A stretch of DNA of 64,000 nt from Lingula anatina (lineage: Eukaryota > Animalia > Brachiopoda). Shown piece after piece: positions 24,401-37,600 of the stretch. Positions within the stretch are counted from its first letter, which is position 1. Each line of letters begins with the position of its first letter. The notes under the pieces were generated by a model. It was given only the letters and a program-made list of their open reading frames with translations, was not told the DNA's origin and did not search any database. A program made the position numbers and the translations under genes. The stretch covers positions 43,034,401 through 43,098,400 of the forward strand of contig CM120641.1 of assembly GCA_051362555.1 (NCBI GenBank). Direction: 5' to 3'.

Positions 24401-27400
24401 ACTTTTAGCCTAGCCTTTAATTTTTGCGATATATATCGTCGAGCGTATCTGCGACACGTTACGAAACCGGAAATGATTGTTGGTCGCCGTTTGCAAAAGG
24501 TAAATCTAATGTTGACAAAATAAAATTTTATTCTCCAAGATATGATATCATGGAGCTTGAGAGACACGCGAAAAATTGTGATTTGAATGGCCAAACAAGA
24601 GAAATCCAAGCAAAGGTTGACAGCATGATTAAAACAATAAAAATAAAAACGCATGTTAGCGGCTTTGCATTTTGCGATATTTGGAGAAAAACAATTTCAA
24701 AATCACTGATCAAGCGGGAAGAAAGAGTTCAAGTGTCCAAAAATGAAAATCACAAAAAGACCCCGAGAATAGTCAAGGCTAGCAGGTAAAAAGCAAAATA
24801 GTCAAGGCTAGCAGGTAAAAAGCAAATAGGGTCTAAGTGTCATGCAGGGGTCAAAATGTTTAGAAAATCATACTTTCCCTTCCGGAAAAGTTACTTTGTA
24901 CATTACTTTCCCTGCAAGAAAGTAGCTTTCCCTGATTACCAAATCATGAAAACCAATTTCCCTGATATTTAATTACATAATTTTTAATATGATGATGTAT
25001 CAAGGAAAGAACATATTTTAGAGAAATGTATGTTTATTGTTATGAAATAAACTAACATGACATCCATATATATACAGTGTTTGTGGCAATAACTGGGTTT
25101 ATTTATCAACATTAATAATAATGTGAATAAAATCTACCAAATACACATACTTACGAAAAAAAAACAACCTGTGACAGATCAAGAACTTGTCTACTACTCC
25201 ACGCGTCTTGAAAAAACTTAACATGCTTAATGAAGGGTCTACTGTACCTAATCATCATCATCACCATCAGACTCGGTATCTTGGTCAGTCTCACTGTCAC
25301 TAATATCTGAACTTATCAGAGCTTTCTGTGGTACTTGAACAGTCTTTCTGGCATATTTCTTTGGGTCCAGGACTCTCCTGCCATCTGCTAACCACTTTCC
25401 ATAGGCAGAATCTGGTACAAACTTGTCCAATTTTACTTTACTTAACTTAACCGTCATGAGATTTGACAAAGAAGATGGTGTAAGTGAAGCTCTCCAATCA
25501 GTTTTTATCCGTTTCATTAGAGAAAAGCCCCTTTCTGCATCTGCAGTGCTGACTGGCAACACCATTACAATGGCCAAGAGGGCACAAATGTTGGGGTATA
25601 TGTCTTTATGCACAGTCAACATTCTACTAAGAAAAGAAACTATATCCTGGCCCTTTTCGTGAAGCTCTAGCACAGATTTTTTGAACTGCGGCCATTCAAC
25701 CTGGCACATGCTTGTTTTAAAGCCAGCATTGTCTAGTGTCCTCCTAAAATGTTCCGAAAGCTTTTCAATTTTCTCATCTCCATACTCCTCAAATTTGACA
25801 CTATTTTTGGATGGCCATTTACTAACATTAAACACTTGTACATTCTCACACACAGAATCCTGGTCCCTCAATACATCTCCAAACCGCTCTTCAATTGTAC
25901 TTATGCTGTCCTTCAAAAACTGGGTTAAATCATTCACAATGGCACCCTTACATTTCTCAATATTTTCTCCTCTACCAAGTCGTACAGTTTCACCTTTGAA
26001 TTCAAATTCTTCAAGGTCTACAGTTTTGGCTGATTCCTCAACCTTTTCCTCTACGTTGAACCTTTTCAGCAATCTGAGTGTTGCCTTAATTCTGCTTTGA
26101 GCACAGGACATTATGTATGAGGATTCCTGCAAGGCCAAGCTGATTGACTGAAGGATTTCAAGTATCTCCTGCACAACAGGAAGGGCAATCACAATCTTTA
26201 AATTTGTCAAGGTATTGTTTATCTTTTTGGCTTTTCCCAATATCTCAGCTCTTTTACTTCCAATACCTTCCACTATCTGGGTACTGTGCACAACCAGTGG
26301 CTTCCATAACTTTTTCAAGACAGTTACAGCTCTTGATCTGTGGGATATCCACCTTGTTCCCATTACATTCTCTGGGCTGTTGAAAGCAATGTTATGTGTG
26401 CTGCAGGTAGTTTTCAGAGCTTCCTTCTGCACAGATGATGATTTGTAGAGCTTGTAGATAAGCTGACACAAGTCGGAAAACTCTTGCACAACAGAACTTT
26501 TTTTCCCGCCATCTCTGATAGCCAACTCAAACCTATGGGCCAAGCAGTGTATGCCAACTGTCTCGGGCATCAATTCACAAAATCTGCGGTACACACCATT
26601 TCTAACTCCAAAATTTACACTTGCGCCATCAGCCACAAATGCTATAAGGCCTTTCAAATCATCTACACCTACATAGTTCTTGATACTGTCACACAAATGG
26701 TCAAAAATATGTTCAGCATCTGGTTTCTCTACACTGGAGATACAAAGAAACACAGTTCTTGGTTGGTTTTCATCAGTAAGATATCGAACATAGACAATTT
26801 CTTCCTCTAGGGAAGCACTGTCAGTACACCCATCACACAGTATTGAAAAAAAGAAACCTTTTCTAATATTTGTGGCAAGATTGTCTCTTAAATCCTTTGC
26901 AATATACTTGATAAACTCAGCACATGATTTATCTGATGAGAAACGTGTGGTCAGATTTTTTGATGCACCAACTCTCTCCAAAAGTTCTAATTCCCCAGAG
27001 AAGGAGGTGTAAGGTTGGTTACAAATAGCTACTTTGAATGCAGTAATAAATTTTGCATGCATCAACTCTGTTTCAGATTCTTCTATCTTCATGAAACTTT
27101 TTTGTAAAGGTTTTCTTTCTGGTGGAGTCATTTGAGACAAAGCTGCTGCTGTACAACGTTTATGGAGATCACTTTCCTGATGACCCAAGATGACTGGCAG
27201 TTTGAAAGTCCTGCACCCCTCAATAAATGCTATGCTGTGTGGACCCAATTTACCTATCTTCTTGTGGTTTGAAACACAGTACGAGCACCATATTTTGTCA
27301 TCATCATTCATAAGCCAGGGTCTGCCGATTTTCCAAGATTCTTGAAATGTTCTGGAGCGTTTTTCTTTCTCGTACCTAACTTCCTTTACAGAAAGTTTAC

Positions 27401-27529
27401 CTTTACTTGGCCTTCCTCGCCTTTGTTGATTGCTGAATGATGACGAAGGTTGTACTGCAAGAACAAAAATTGAATAATGTATTCTTTTAAATGGAGAACA
27501 AAACACCTAAATTACTGCATTTATCAGGC

Positions 27530-27574
<45 letters not shown>

Positions 27575-30500
27575 GTCTTTAAATAGTTGTTTGTGTGCAT
27601 GTGTGTGTATATGTTTAAGGCCCTTATCAAATCTATTCTTATGCATAAAAAGCCCAGATGTATTTTACAAATCACAGGTAATGAAATACAAGTATTTCTC
27701 ATTTGCCACACCTGTAAGTATCATAATATGTGCCTTGGTCTAAGACATCTCCTGCACATGCCATACAAACAAACTGGCAGCTTGGCCAATTAACTTGGTC
27801 AATTAACTTGCCCCTTATGCTGTTAACAATGCAAAAACAACAAAGAATGGGCCCAGCCAGGCCTTAATAAACTTGGGGTCTGGGCTTTTTATGCATGGGA
27901 CTAGATTTGGTCTGGGCCTTTGACATATATATATATATTTATATGATCTCTCTCAATACAAGTTGTCTGTTTCAAATTCTTTTTTTTTAAGCTTTAAAAA
28001 AAAATTAAAATTTTTTACCATTTTGCTCCTGAACTTCATCAGATTCAGTAAAACTGTCACTGTCGAAATTTTCCATTGGTTCATCTTCTTTGGCAGCTAA
28101 AAAGTATTAGTGGTTGATTGTGATTTTACTTTAATTATATACAGATACAGAAAAATTACTGGAAAGTGTTGACGAGAACAGTAATGTGAATATTTAATCA
28201 TAAAACAATGAAAATAAGGGAGACTCTGGACATATCAATTATCATGATTTCTGAAACCATGGTCAAGCCAATACAACAATTGGACCTATTTTAAGTGTGC
28301 ACAGTGATTAATTTCATTCAAAACTTGTGTCATTACTTACTAGTTGGGCAATTTTATACAAATTAGAAAAGGAGAAGTTGAAGAAGTGCAGTGGAATTTC
28401 CATATTAAAAACACCCCTTTGTCAGATGTAAAGGGAATAAAGATCTCAGGTCCTTAATTTTAAGGCTAGAATAACGCATGACATCTATAAAATGTTCGTT
28501 GGTCGATAGGAGTTCATTGAAAAACAAACCAATCACTTCACAAACAGACTAATTTAGTCTAAATAGAGGCTCTTAAGAAAAACCGAAAATTGGAGGATAA
28601 GGAAAAAAATCAGTCTGTGAAATGGCCGATTTGTTTTTCAATACATCATGTCACCAACAAAGAGAATAAGGTAGGGCAGTTTTTATGTTTACCACGTAAC
28701 AGGAAAGTAATAACGTCATGTGTGGTTCATTAGATACAAAACTTGTTAGGCATTGTTTACGACGTACCTGCATCGTGGCCATGTGCGCCCGCTTCACCCT
28801 CAGTTATTGTGTCCTCAAGTTCTTGTTTAGCGAGTTTGCTCGTTTTTTCCATGCTTTCATCTTTGCCTTTTCGCTTGGAGAAACCAAACTTAAAGAGAGA
28901 CATTTTCAGGACACCAAACGTGAGCCCGTCTTTAGCGCGCAACCTTGCTTCAGCCGATCGTGCATGGAGGGATGAATAATACTAGTTCCCCGTATTACGC
29001 TGCATGGTGCGTGCCGTTGTGTATGATTGGGCGCTGCGTCTAGCATTGTTCCCGCACATTATTTTGTTCTCACAAGCTTCGTATGTTTGTACCTGTCTAT
29101 GTTATACCCGCTAGCTGCGCAGGCTTGTTTCTTTCTAAGTCAAACATTGTGTAAATTGGAAAGGGAACGAGTCAGATATTTTAGCAGACATCCACAAAGG
29201 GGCATTGTGGGATACTACTGTGAGTGAACGATTTTGATTGACAACTCTCATGAAATTCAAAAGGAGGCCCCGTTACAAATTCTAGCTAGTCACGTGAGTG
29301 CGTCCTTAGTTTCAGAGCATGTGCAGTACTTCCGTATAGCTTTTTTGCGTTGTAGAAAATGGTTAAATAAATGTATTAGTACAACTTAGTGCCAGAAAAT
29401 GAGTTTTATTATAGGTCGGGAAAGCGACCTTTAATAGCGATTTCCCGAGAGGTTTTTGCATTTCCCGGACCATTTTAATGATTTACCGGACGGGAAAGTA
29501 AGACTTGACATAGCTTTCCCGAGCTCGCAATAGCTTTCCCTCGGGAAAGCGGGAAAGCAACATTTCGACCCCTGTCATGTGTGTAAAAATAAAATATTTA
29601 TTCAAAAGCCTTCTCTCAGCCACTTTTACCGCTGAATCTTGTGCAGCTGAGCGTCTCCCCTTTATCTTAGCTGGCATTTTGAGCGAGACCGCTCTGAAGT
29701 AATCACTGGATTTTTCCGTTGATCTGACGACTACCAAGTGCCGTGCAAAATAATCCTGCTGCTGCAAAAAATTCGTATCAACACAAGTGACGGACACTTG
29801 CTCTCGACACAGTTTTATCTGATCACTTTGCCGATAACAAAGAAGGAATCTCTCAGGTAAAATTACTCGATTGCCGAGGAAGAGCCATTGAAACGTTCAA
29901 ATGCAACTTCACACCTCTTAATTGCGGTTAAACGTAATCGCCTTTGTTAGCGCTTCCTTCTACATATCCTTGACACCCTACTGGGCATCACAAGGCTAGG
30001 GCCCTCTCCAGAGCTGTCAATCAAAATGGCGGCACGCTCACATGCCTAACGAGTGGTCGGAAAATGTAACAAAAGCACGATTTTCTGCCTCTTCAAAGCA
30101 CCCAAACAAAATATTTTTAGATGACAATAAGCAATGGTTCCATCTGATCGTATAACCGATAACAGGTAAATTTGCCAGCTAAGCATTTGACTAATAAGCC
30201 CTGTTAACCAACCTGTGAACGTTTTTGGCTGTTTTAACAGCTTTCTATATTGACGAGATAAGTGAATTGCTGCCAAGTATATCTCACTATCTGAGCAACC
30301 GATCGTTACAAAAGTTGCACCTATAGTTGTTAGGAATGTGGACTACAGCATGATATCAGGGGTTTAAGAGGAAATTGTTTGTTTGAAAGATATCGCCTTT
30401 TGAAGTGAATAAGCCATTGAAATATGGGGTAATTTAACGTAAAAGATGATAAAATCAAAAGTAAATAGTTTAAGACAATTCCCTGGTACCGCGCTGAAGT

Positions 30501-33500
30501 GCTTTCACCCAGCTTTATGAGGCCTTTTGAATCACTTGAATAGCTGTCTTGGTTATAGAGAAAACCCCAATACCGAAATGGCATTTTTCCCCTCAAATTG
30601 GCGCCAGAGCGTCATCCGTTGGACACTGTACTTAATCCCCGTCTTTAATTGGCCTTTTGGGAAGTTTGTTTTAATTTTTTATAAAAACTTATAAGCCCAG
30701 GGCTTTGTTTCTATGACTTTGGTCCTTTTACTATCACCGGCCTTAAACCATCAACAGGTTTATCTATTCAACTTAAAAGAATGTGTTAATGGTAATTATG
30801 TGTTAAGCAGGGGCTGCACAGAAGCTATCTTCTGGACCTTCAGGAAGATGGTCCTAATTTTAGTTTTTGTTGATGGGCATCTAATTTCTTCTGTTGGAAG
30901 ACAGTCAAAATTGGAGGATGGATCAACAAAGATAATTTGGAAGACTGTCAGCAAATATCCCTGGATCAGTCCCCTGTTAAGGATGTAGATAACAGGGGTA
31001 GCTATCTTCTAAACCGGCCAAGATATACCAACATGTTGCATATCAATAGAAAGCTTATTTCAACAGCTCTTCATTTCATATCCTTATTTTATTATGTAAT
31101 CGTTACGTAATGAGATATAATGCTTAATAGGTGTGCTCAACATGATCTTTACACCTTAAAAACTAGAAGTCCACTACAAATGGACATGTGTAGACAGCTT
31201 GACTCGTGAGCCCTCACTGGGATCAACAAGAATGCACCTCAAATTAGCGATATCTGTTAAATTAGCAGAGATATCAAAATAAACTTGGTTTCCAGTTCAA
31301 CGAGACCCCCTAGCCTAACTAAAGCATGCCTAAGTTGAAAACGGAGCTGATGTTATGAAATCCCAGACACATACTTTCAGACAAACCTTAGATCTAACGA
31401 ATGAATACCAGCTTTCATCGGTTGAGAGTTCTAATTAATTTTGACACTGGTCTAAATCGTTCTCTTGAAGCCATAAACTGAAGCGGAGAAATCAGCCTTT
31501 TAGTGCTCCCGGGAGATTCCAACGTTATATAATCAGTGAGCTGCATTGGCAAGCTGAGAAATTTAGTTATTTATACTGGTTCAGCCCTCTACTCACTGCC
31601 TATGTAACTGTCACTATGTCTTTCATCCATTTTCAACATTATTATTGAACATTTTCAACCGGAGGCCCCCTCCATGCATTGACAGCAGCCACCATGTTAG
31701 TCGTGACATCAGCCTTCTTCACCACTTGACACCTAGGGGGAGTGCCTTTGCCCATATACATCTCATCTATATGTCTGCTTTTTAAAGCTTTAATAGATCG
31801 TCAGAATTAATTCACTGATAAATTCAAAATGAAAAGTTGTTTGGCAAGTGAAAGCGCGACGTTACTCACAGAATGTGAAAGGCTTAGCAGCAATCTAGTA
31901 CGGGAAATACACAGCTGCACAGTGGAGCTGCCAATCAAACACATATATGGACAAGTGTGACCTACTTTAAAACTCAGACACGCTACCACAGGGGTAAATC
32001 AGCAATTAGGCTAAAATTATGGGTTTATTTGTAAACTTCCATTATTTTAAGATAGGCTGATATGTAGTTGATATTTCATCTATCTAATACTGACAAATTC
32101 AGAAAAACACCCAAATTTTGACAATTTACTGTTAATTACTACCTTAAGAATATCATACCTGACATATAAATCTCACCACATACCTGTGCTGTATATCCCC
32201 CATGGCTTTCCTGACAGGGGCATACCTGGCATTGGCATCAGTCAAGGCTCTAAGGATGTTGGTCTGGGCATTCATGTTCTGCTGTATCAGGCTGATCAGT
32301 TTGTCATGCTTCTTCAGCTCATCTTTAAAGTAGGTCTTTGAAAATATAAATATGGAAATGATTAATTGATTAGTCAAGTTCTTCAGTTCAATCTCTTCAG
32401 AAGGTCTGTGAAAAAAAAAAAAGAAATGCATAATCAGATTGTCAGGCTTTTCAACAATCTATCAATTTTTTTCTATCAAACATCTATCAATATTATCTCG
32501 CTAATCCATCCATAAACCCTACCTCCATACCCCTGTCTTCTTGAGTGACTATTCTACTTGTGATATCATCCTCATGAACCTGTTTTCTAAACTGCTCCTC
32601 CAGCTGCTGTCTCTGGGACTTCATCTCCTCCACCTTCCCCATCAGTCTCTCCATCTCACCCATCACCTCCTCCTGCTCTGGGGCTAATAGGGGACAAGAT
32701 ATCTAAGTTAATAGCTTTAATACTAATAACATAACATACAAGTACTAATATCATATTATCTTGTCATTTTTGGCTCATGTAATGTACATCATAGTTGAAC
32801 TTCTGTCCAAGCATTTGCTGCATAGTAGGAAATGAATCTGTTGAATTTTAGTCCGTGATTTGATTGGAATGAAATGCTTTAAAAGTGTGAGCTTCTACTC
32901 AGATATTAGCTGAAAGATTACATTGGTTCATCATGCAAATGAAAAGGTCTCCTTTAGAGACATACTTTTAAACCCTATGAGAGTTGAAGCATAGAAAACA
33001 TACATTTCATGGAGAAGCAATTCTTTCTTCACAAAACATGCATCTTATATAATAATGACATCCTTTAGCTTACTGGCTTAAGCCTTAAGAATCTACTGGT
33101 TAAAACATCAAGACAGTGACCAGTAAACATTAAATTCTACTGGCCTGGCAAGTTTTACTGTCATTTGATGTGGGGCCAGCATTCATATTGCAAACAATAT
33201 ACACTTATTCCTATACATTCCATGGGTATATACACACCTAAAGAAGCTTTAATAGAGGGGATGGATGCCTTCAACTCCTCAATAGGCCCAGCAAGCAGCC
33301 TTAGATTGGCTATATGAGTATTCATGGCTTTGTGCAGCTCTGAGTTAGACTGGCCAGCCTTACTAATGGCTTCCTGGTATTTGGACTTTTCTTTGCTCAG
33401 TTCACTGACAATAATGTTTGGAGATCTCTTTCCAAATTGTGCCTGCAATGATATGATCTGTACTAGAGTGTTTCAAAACTTTTTGTGAGATTAAGCAAAA

Positions 33501-34613
33501 AAAAAAAAAAAAAAAAAACTTCATCAAAAGATCATGATAAAACAGCTTCCTTTCATAAAAATGTTAACTGTGTGTTGACAGAAAATATTGCCTTACCCTT
33601 ATCAAATTTTAAATTAGGCTAGACAATGTTAAGTTATTACTAAGACAGATGAAGTGAGAGTTAGCAATTTTCACCAATAAAAACACAATAATTTACCTGA
33701 AACTCCTCCTCTTTGACTTTATCATTTTCTAAAATTTCATGCATCTCTTTTAAGTTAGACTCCACCTCAATGGCAATATTTGACAGTTCTAAAAATTATA
33801 AAGGAAAAACATATCCAATATTTATCACTAAAGACAAATATAAAATCTGAAAAATGTTTTAAAAATTACAATATCACAGGATTCATAAGGGTTTGTGATT
33901 TTTAATTCTGCAACAGTCAGTTGATCCACAGGTGGTTTTTAAATCAGCAATTATTATTGCAAAATAACTTATTTTGTGGCAGTGAGATCTTTGACTATTG
34001 TATCAGGTTTTTGTATATCAACTCAGTCTGTACAAACTTATTATTACCCTGCATGGCAGCTATAAGATCCTTGATAGCAGTGGGTCTCACACTGATGGCA
34101 GCACACTTCTGCATCAGAACTTCTGGTAAACTCTCAGACTCTGGCCTTAACTTGCTTGGGTCAATTGATAGGGATGATAAGTACTGACTGAAAAGAGACA
34201 GAACAATATTAAATAGGACAATATTGATTCCGTTATCAATTTACTTCACTTTGCTAATTTTAAGAGAAGAAATAGAAGAATTTTTCATAAACAAATTTAA
34301 ATTGTCATTTCAATAAAATGTTTTAGCTGATTCTGAAACAGAAGAATCAAAGGAACAGAATCAACTGTATTACATAATACTTTATAAGTATAATCACAAA
34401 AATATGATCTATCCTACTTCAGCTCTTGTGCAAAAATACTGACCTTAGTTCCTGGTTTTTCTCATCTACTTCCCCACATACACGGCGAATAAGACTAGCT
34501 TTTTCTTCACTGGATTTAAAATCATAAAATGAACATTTTTAAATGAGATTCAAAACATGATATAGCAATTCCAAGTCATGTGAAATGATACACAGCAACA
34601 AAACTGTTCCCTT

Positions 34614-34668
<55 letters not shown>

Positions 34669-37600
34669 AGGATAAGTCTTATGCCAAACACTTAGAACCA
34701 TCTAAATGTGCTCTGACTATAAATTAATTAGGCACAAATCCTCACCTGTACAGTGAGGCTGCCTCATGGGCCTCCATGGGGACCAACTTGGCAAAAATAT
34801 CTGGCCCTGACACCTCTGGGTCCATGGGGTTGAAAGGGACACCCTTTACTAGAGATGCACCTGAAAAACGGGGGATATTTAAACAAACATTTCTAAGATC
34901 ACTACAAGTTGCACCCTATCCATTATTTAAGACATGTTGCATGGCTGAGCATGTCTGGTCTTCAAAAACTATTTTGAGATTGTTTCATGAACTAATAAAA
35001 CACTACTTTATATCTCAAAACTATATCATTCATATTCTCTTGAATGAATTATCCTTCCATTTAAGTTAAAATGGTCTGACCTTACCTTTAACTTCTGGCA
35101 ATGTTGCTAGATCAGGAACTTTTTCATGATACACAAAATCATTGTCCTTTTTGGCTGCATTGTGCCTAAGAGAAAAAAAGATAGCAAGTAGTCACCAGAG
35201 AAAATGACATTTGGCTTCTTGCATTTGTAAACTTATTTTGAATTCTTTATGTGTACATTCTGTTAATACAACAATGCTTTGTAAAAAAAAAAAAAAAAAG
35301 ATGAGCGAAAAGATATTAAGACTGTAGCCTGTATCCACTTACTTTCCTCCAACTACATCCATAGTAAAGCGAAGGGTGTCCTGGACATCTTCATCATCAC
35401 TCTAAATTTGGGAAAAATTTCTTTAAATATTACTTTTTTTTGTAAATTTCAAAAATATTCCAGTCAAAATCTGCAAAATCTTATTATTTAATAATAAAGC
35501 AATAAGTAAGGTTGACAATTTTCAAATTTGGACCGCATTTTCATTTCAATATTTTACTTTTATTTTTGATTCACATGCCAAATGAGTTTTGATCTTTATA
35601 AAAAGCTGGTTACATTCTTATAAAACAAAGCTTTACTTTACCTTGGCTAATTTCATGCACTCATTAAGTTTCCCCAAAGCACCTTGTAGATATGACAATC
35701 TCTCCCCCCATTTTTGCTGCTCCTCTGCTTGGTTGCCCAAATATAAGTACATCACACTCTGATAGAAAAAACTCTTCATCTCTATTCTTCTTTTTAAATC
35801 CTGAAATGATTAACTTATAAATATTAAAAAGACACTAAAAAGTAATTTTAGATTTGTTTATGTGAAGCTACAATAAACTGTGAAATGTGAAACTAAACTT
35901 ATTAGGTTCACTAAAAGCTTTCCATAAAAAAGGTTTCCATAGAGGGGGGCTTTTTATTTCTCAACTAAAAATTTACTGACATACTGGTACTGAAAAAATC
36001 ATGTAACCCATATCATACTTCAGGGTTTTCTACAGGCACCATATAATTCTGTACATTTCACATGTTCACAGCAACACAGCATCTTTTAATTTTCAAAATA
36101 TTTCATGGAAAAATAATAGTTTCTTACACATTTTGAAATAAAATAAATCAAGAAAGATTAGCTACATAGTCTACCTAATTTATAATTGAAGTCTATATTA
36201 TATTTCTTAATCCACCTACATCACATGCTATAGCCAACCCACTCTTTACCTCCCAGTCTACCAACTGTAGATGCCCCAGTCTACCTACTTTATATCTCCT
36301 TGTTCCATGAAGTGTAGAATCCTTGCTGTTTTCTAGATGCCTGAGTGCCTGCGAGTAGAACTCCACTATTTGTGCTGCCACCTTAGCTGTGATGGTACTC
36401 TTCCTGTTATCCACCATAGATTTTTCCAAGATGCATTCTTGTGCCTGGGCCTAGAAAATACAGTTAAAATTAAGTCTGTGACAAGAACCTCTTGGTCCTT
36501 TTACCCTTATCAGCATAAAGTTGACTTGAAATAACTATTATCTTGTCAGAATAAAGTTAACCTGAAATAACAATTAGCTATGTGGCACTTACCAGCATAA
36601 GGTTAACTTGGAATGTCAGTAAATCATGGGTCATATCTGCTGTGAGAACAGCTCCATAATGATCACGGAGATGCTGAAAGGACCATGCGGCACACTGGAA
36701 ATGTGTGCAGGAAATCTTCATACCCTGTAATGATTAACGAAATGCTGACTAGCAAAATTCAACTCTATGTAATTATGGTAAACTATATACTTATTTTACA
36801 AATGCAACAGCCCTTCACGTGACCTGACACTGTTTCTCATGTACCTCACAAACTGACTGCATGTAACAATTGTTTTCTACACAATAATTCAATTGATCTT
36901 TAAAGGCTTACTTCAATTCAGACGACACTGCCCATATAATGATCTATTACTGTTCAGATTGTTAATGGGGCGGGAAGGGGGGATTCATTTTGAAACTCCC
37001 ATTGCCATTGCTGAAAATTCTCTACGTCTTGAAATAATTCATACTATAAGCACCTTTTACATTTGAAATCCCCATTCCCCCCAAAAGATTAACAGAAATT
37101 ATAATAAATAAAAAAATTTTAATACATTTTTTAAAATCTGCCAATAAAATCATATGCCTGTATTTCACAGTATAGCATATATCTACTTTTTTTTTTTTTT
37201 CTTTGTTATCTTATATACTATACCTCTGGTGACTGTCTGTTGTCTACAGAGCCCAGTATAGAGTGTAGTGACCCAATGTTGTACAGGATACAGGCCTGCT
37301 CAAATCTGATATCTGCCCTCACATCAGGCTGCCCAGTGTACACATCTTCCCTGTAGAACAAACAGCGAGAACATATATTTCAAATGACCTTTTATATAGA
37401 ATAGAGAAAATAACTATTAAAATTCATTAACTTAACAGACATGGGACTTTCGTGTGGAATGTTTTTCAGTGAATTCATGTGGCAAAAATTATTTTCTTAA
37501 TTTATATATATAAATGACAAGTGGTTCCTAATTGGCTTTTCAATATAGTAGTCATAAAATAACTTAAAACGGATAATAAAATAGGCTGCATTGAACAGGG

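Larger units (their letters stand above)
24845..29574 (-). mobile_element. Apparently autonomous hAT-superfamily transposon with 5-bp TSD
   Basis: TIR CAGGGGTC(A/G)AAATGTT at both ends (15/16 match); TCATG at 24840-24844 and 29575-29579; subterminal CTTTCCC/GGGAAAG repeats near both ends; encodes a full transposase. Confidence 0.92.
23856..30742. mobile_element. Kolobok-like non-autonomous DNA transposon (TTAA TSD), interrupted by a hAT element
   Basis: TTAA (23852-23855) GGCCGGTGATAG ... CTATCACCGGCC TTAA (30743-30746): perfect 12-bp TIR, GG..CC ends, TTAA target; about 2.15 kb once the nested hAT is removed; no recognisable transposase. Confidence 0.75.

Noticed and set aside
24170-24789. 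Short ORFs (MGKRKVRVK.., 121-aa and 128-aa) and 29483-30596 ORFs in the Kolobok-like element
   Set aside because: No DDE, THAP or other recognisable motif; cannot be called a transposase. No long terminal direct repeats seen either.
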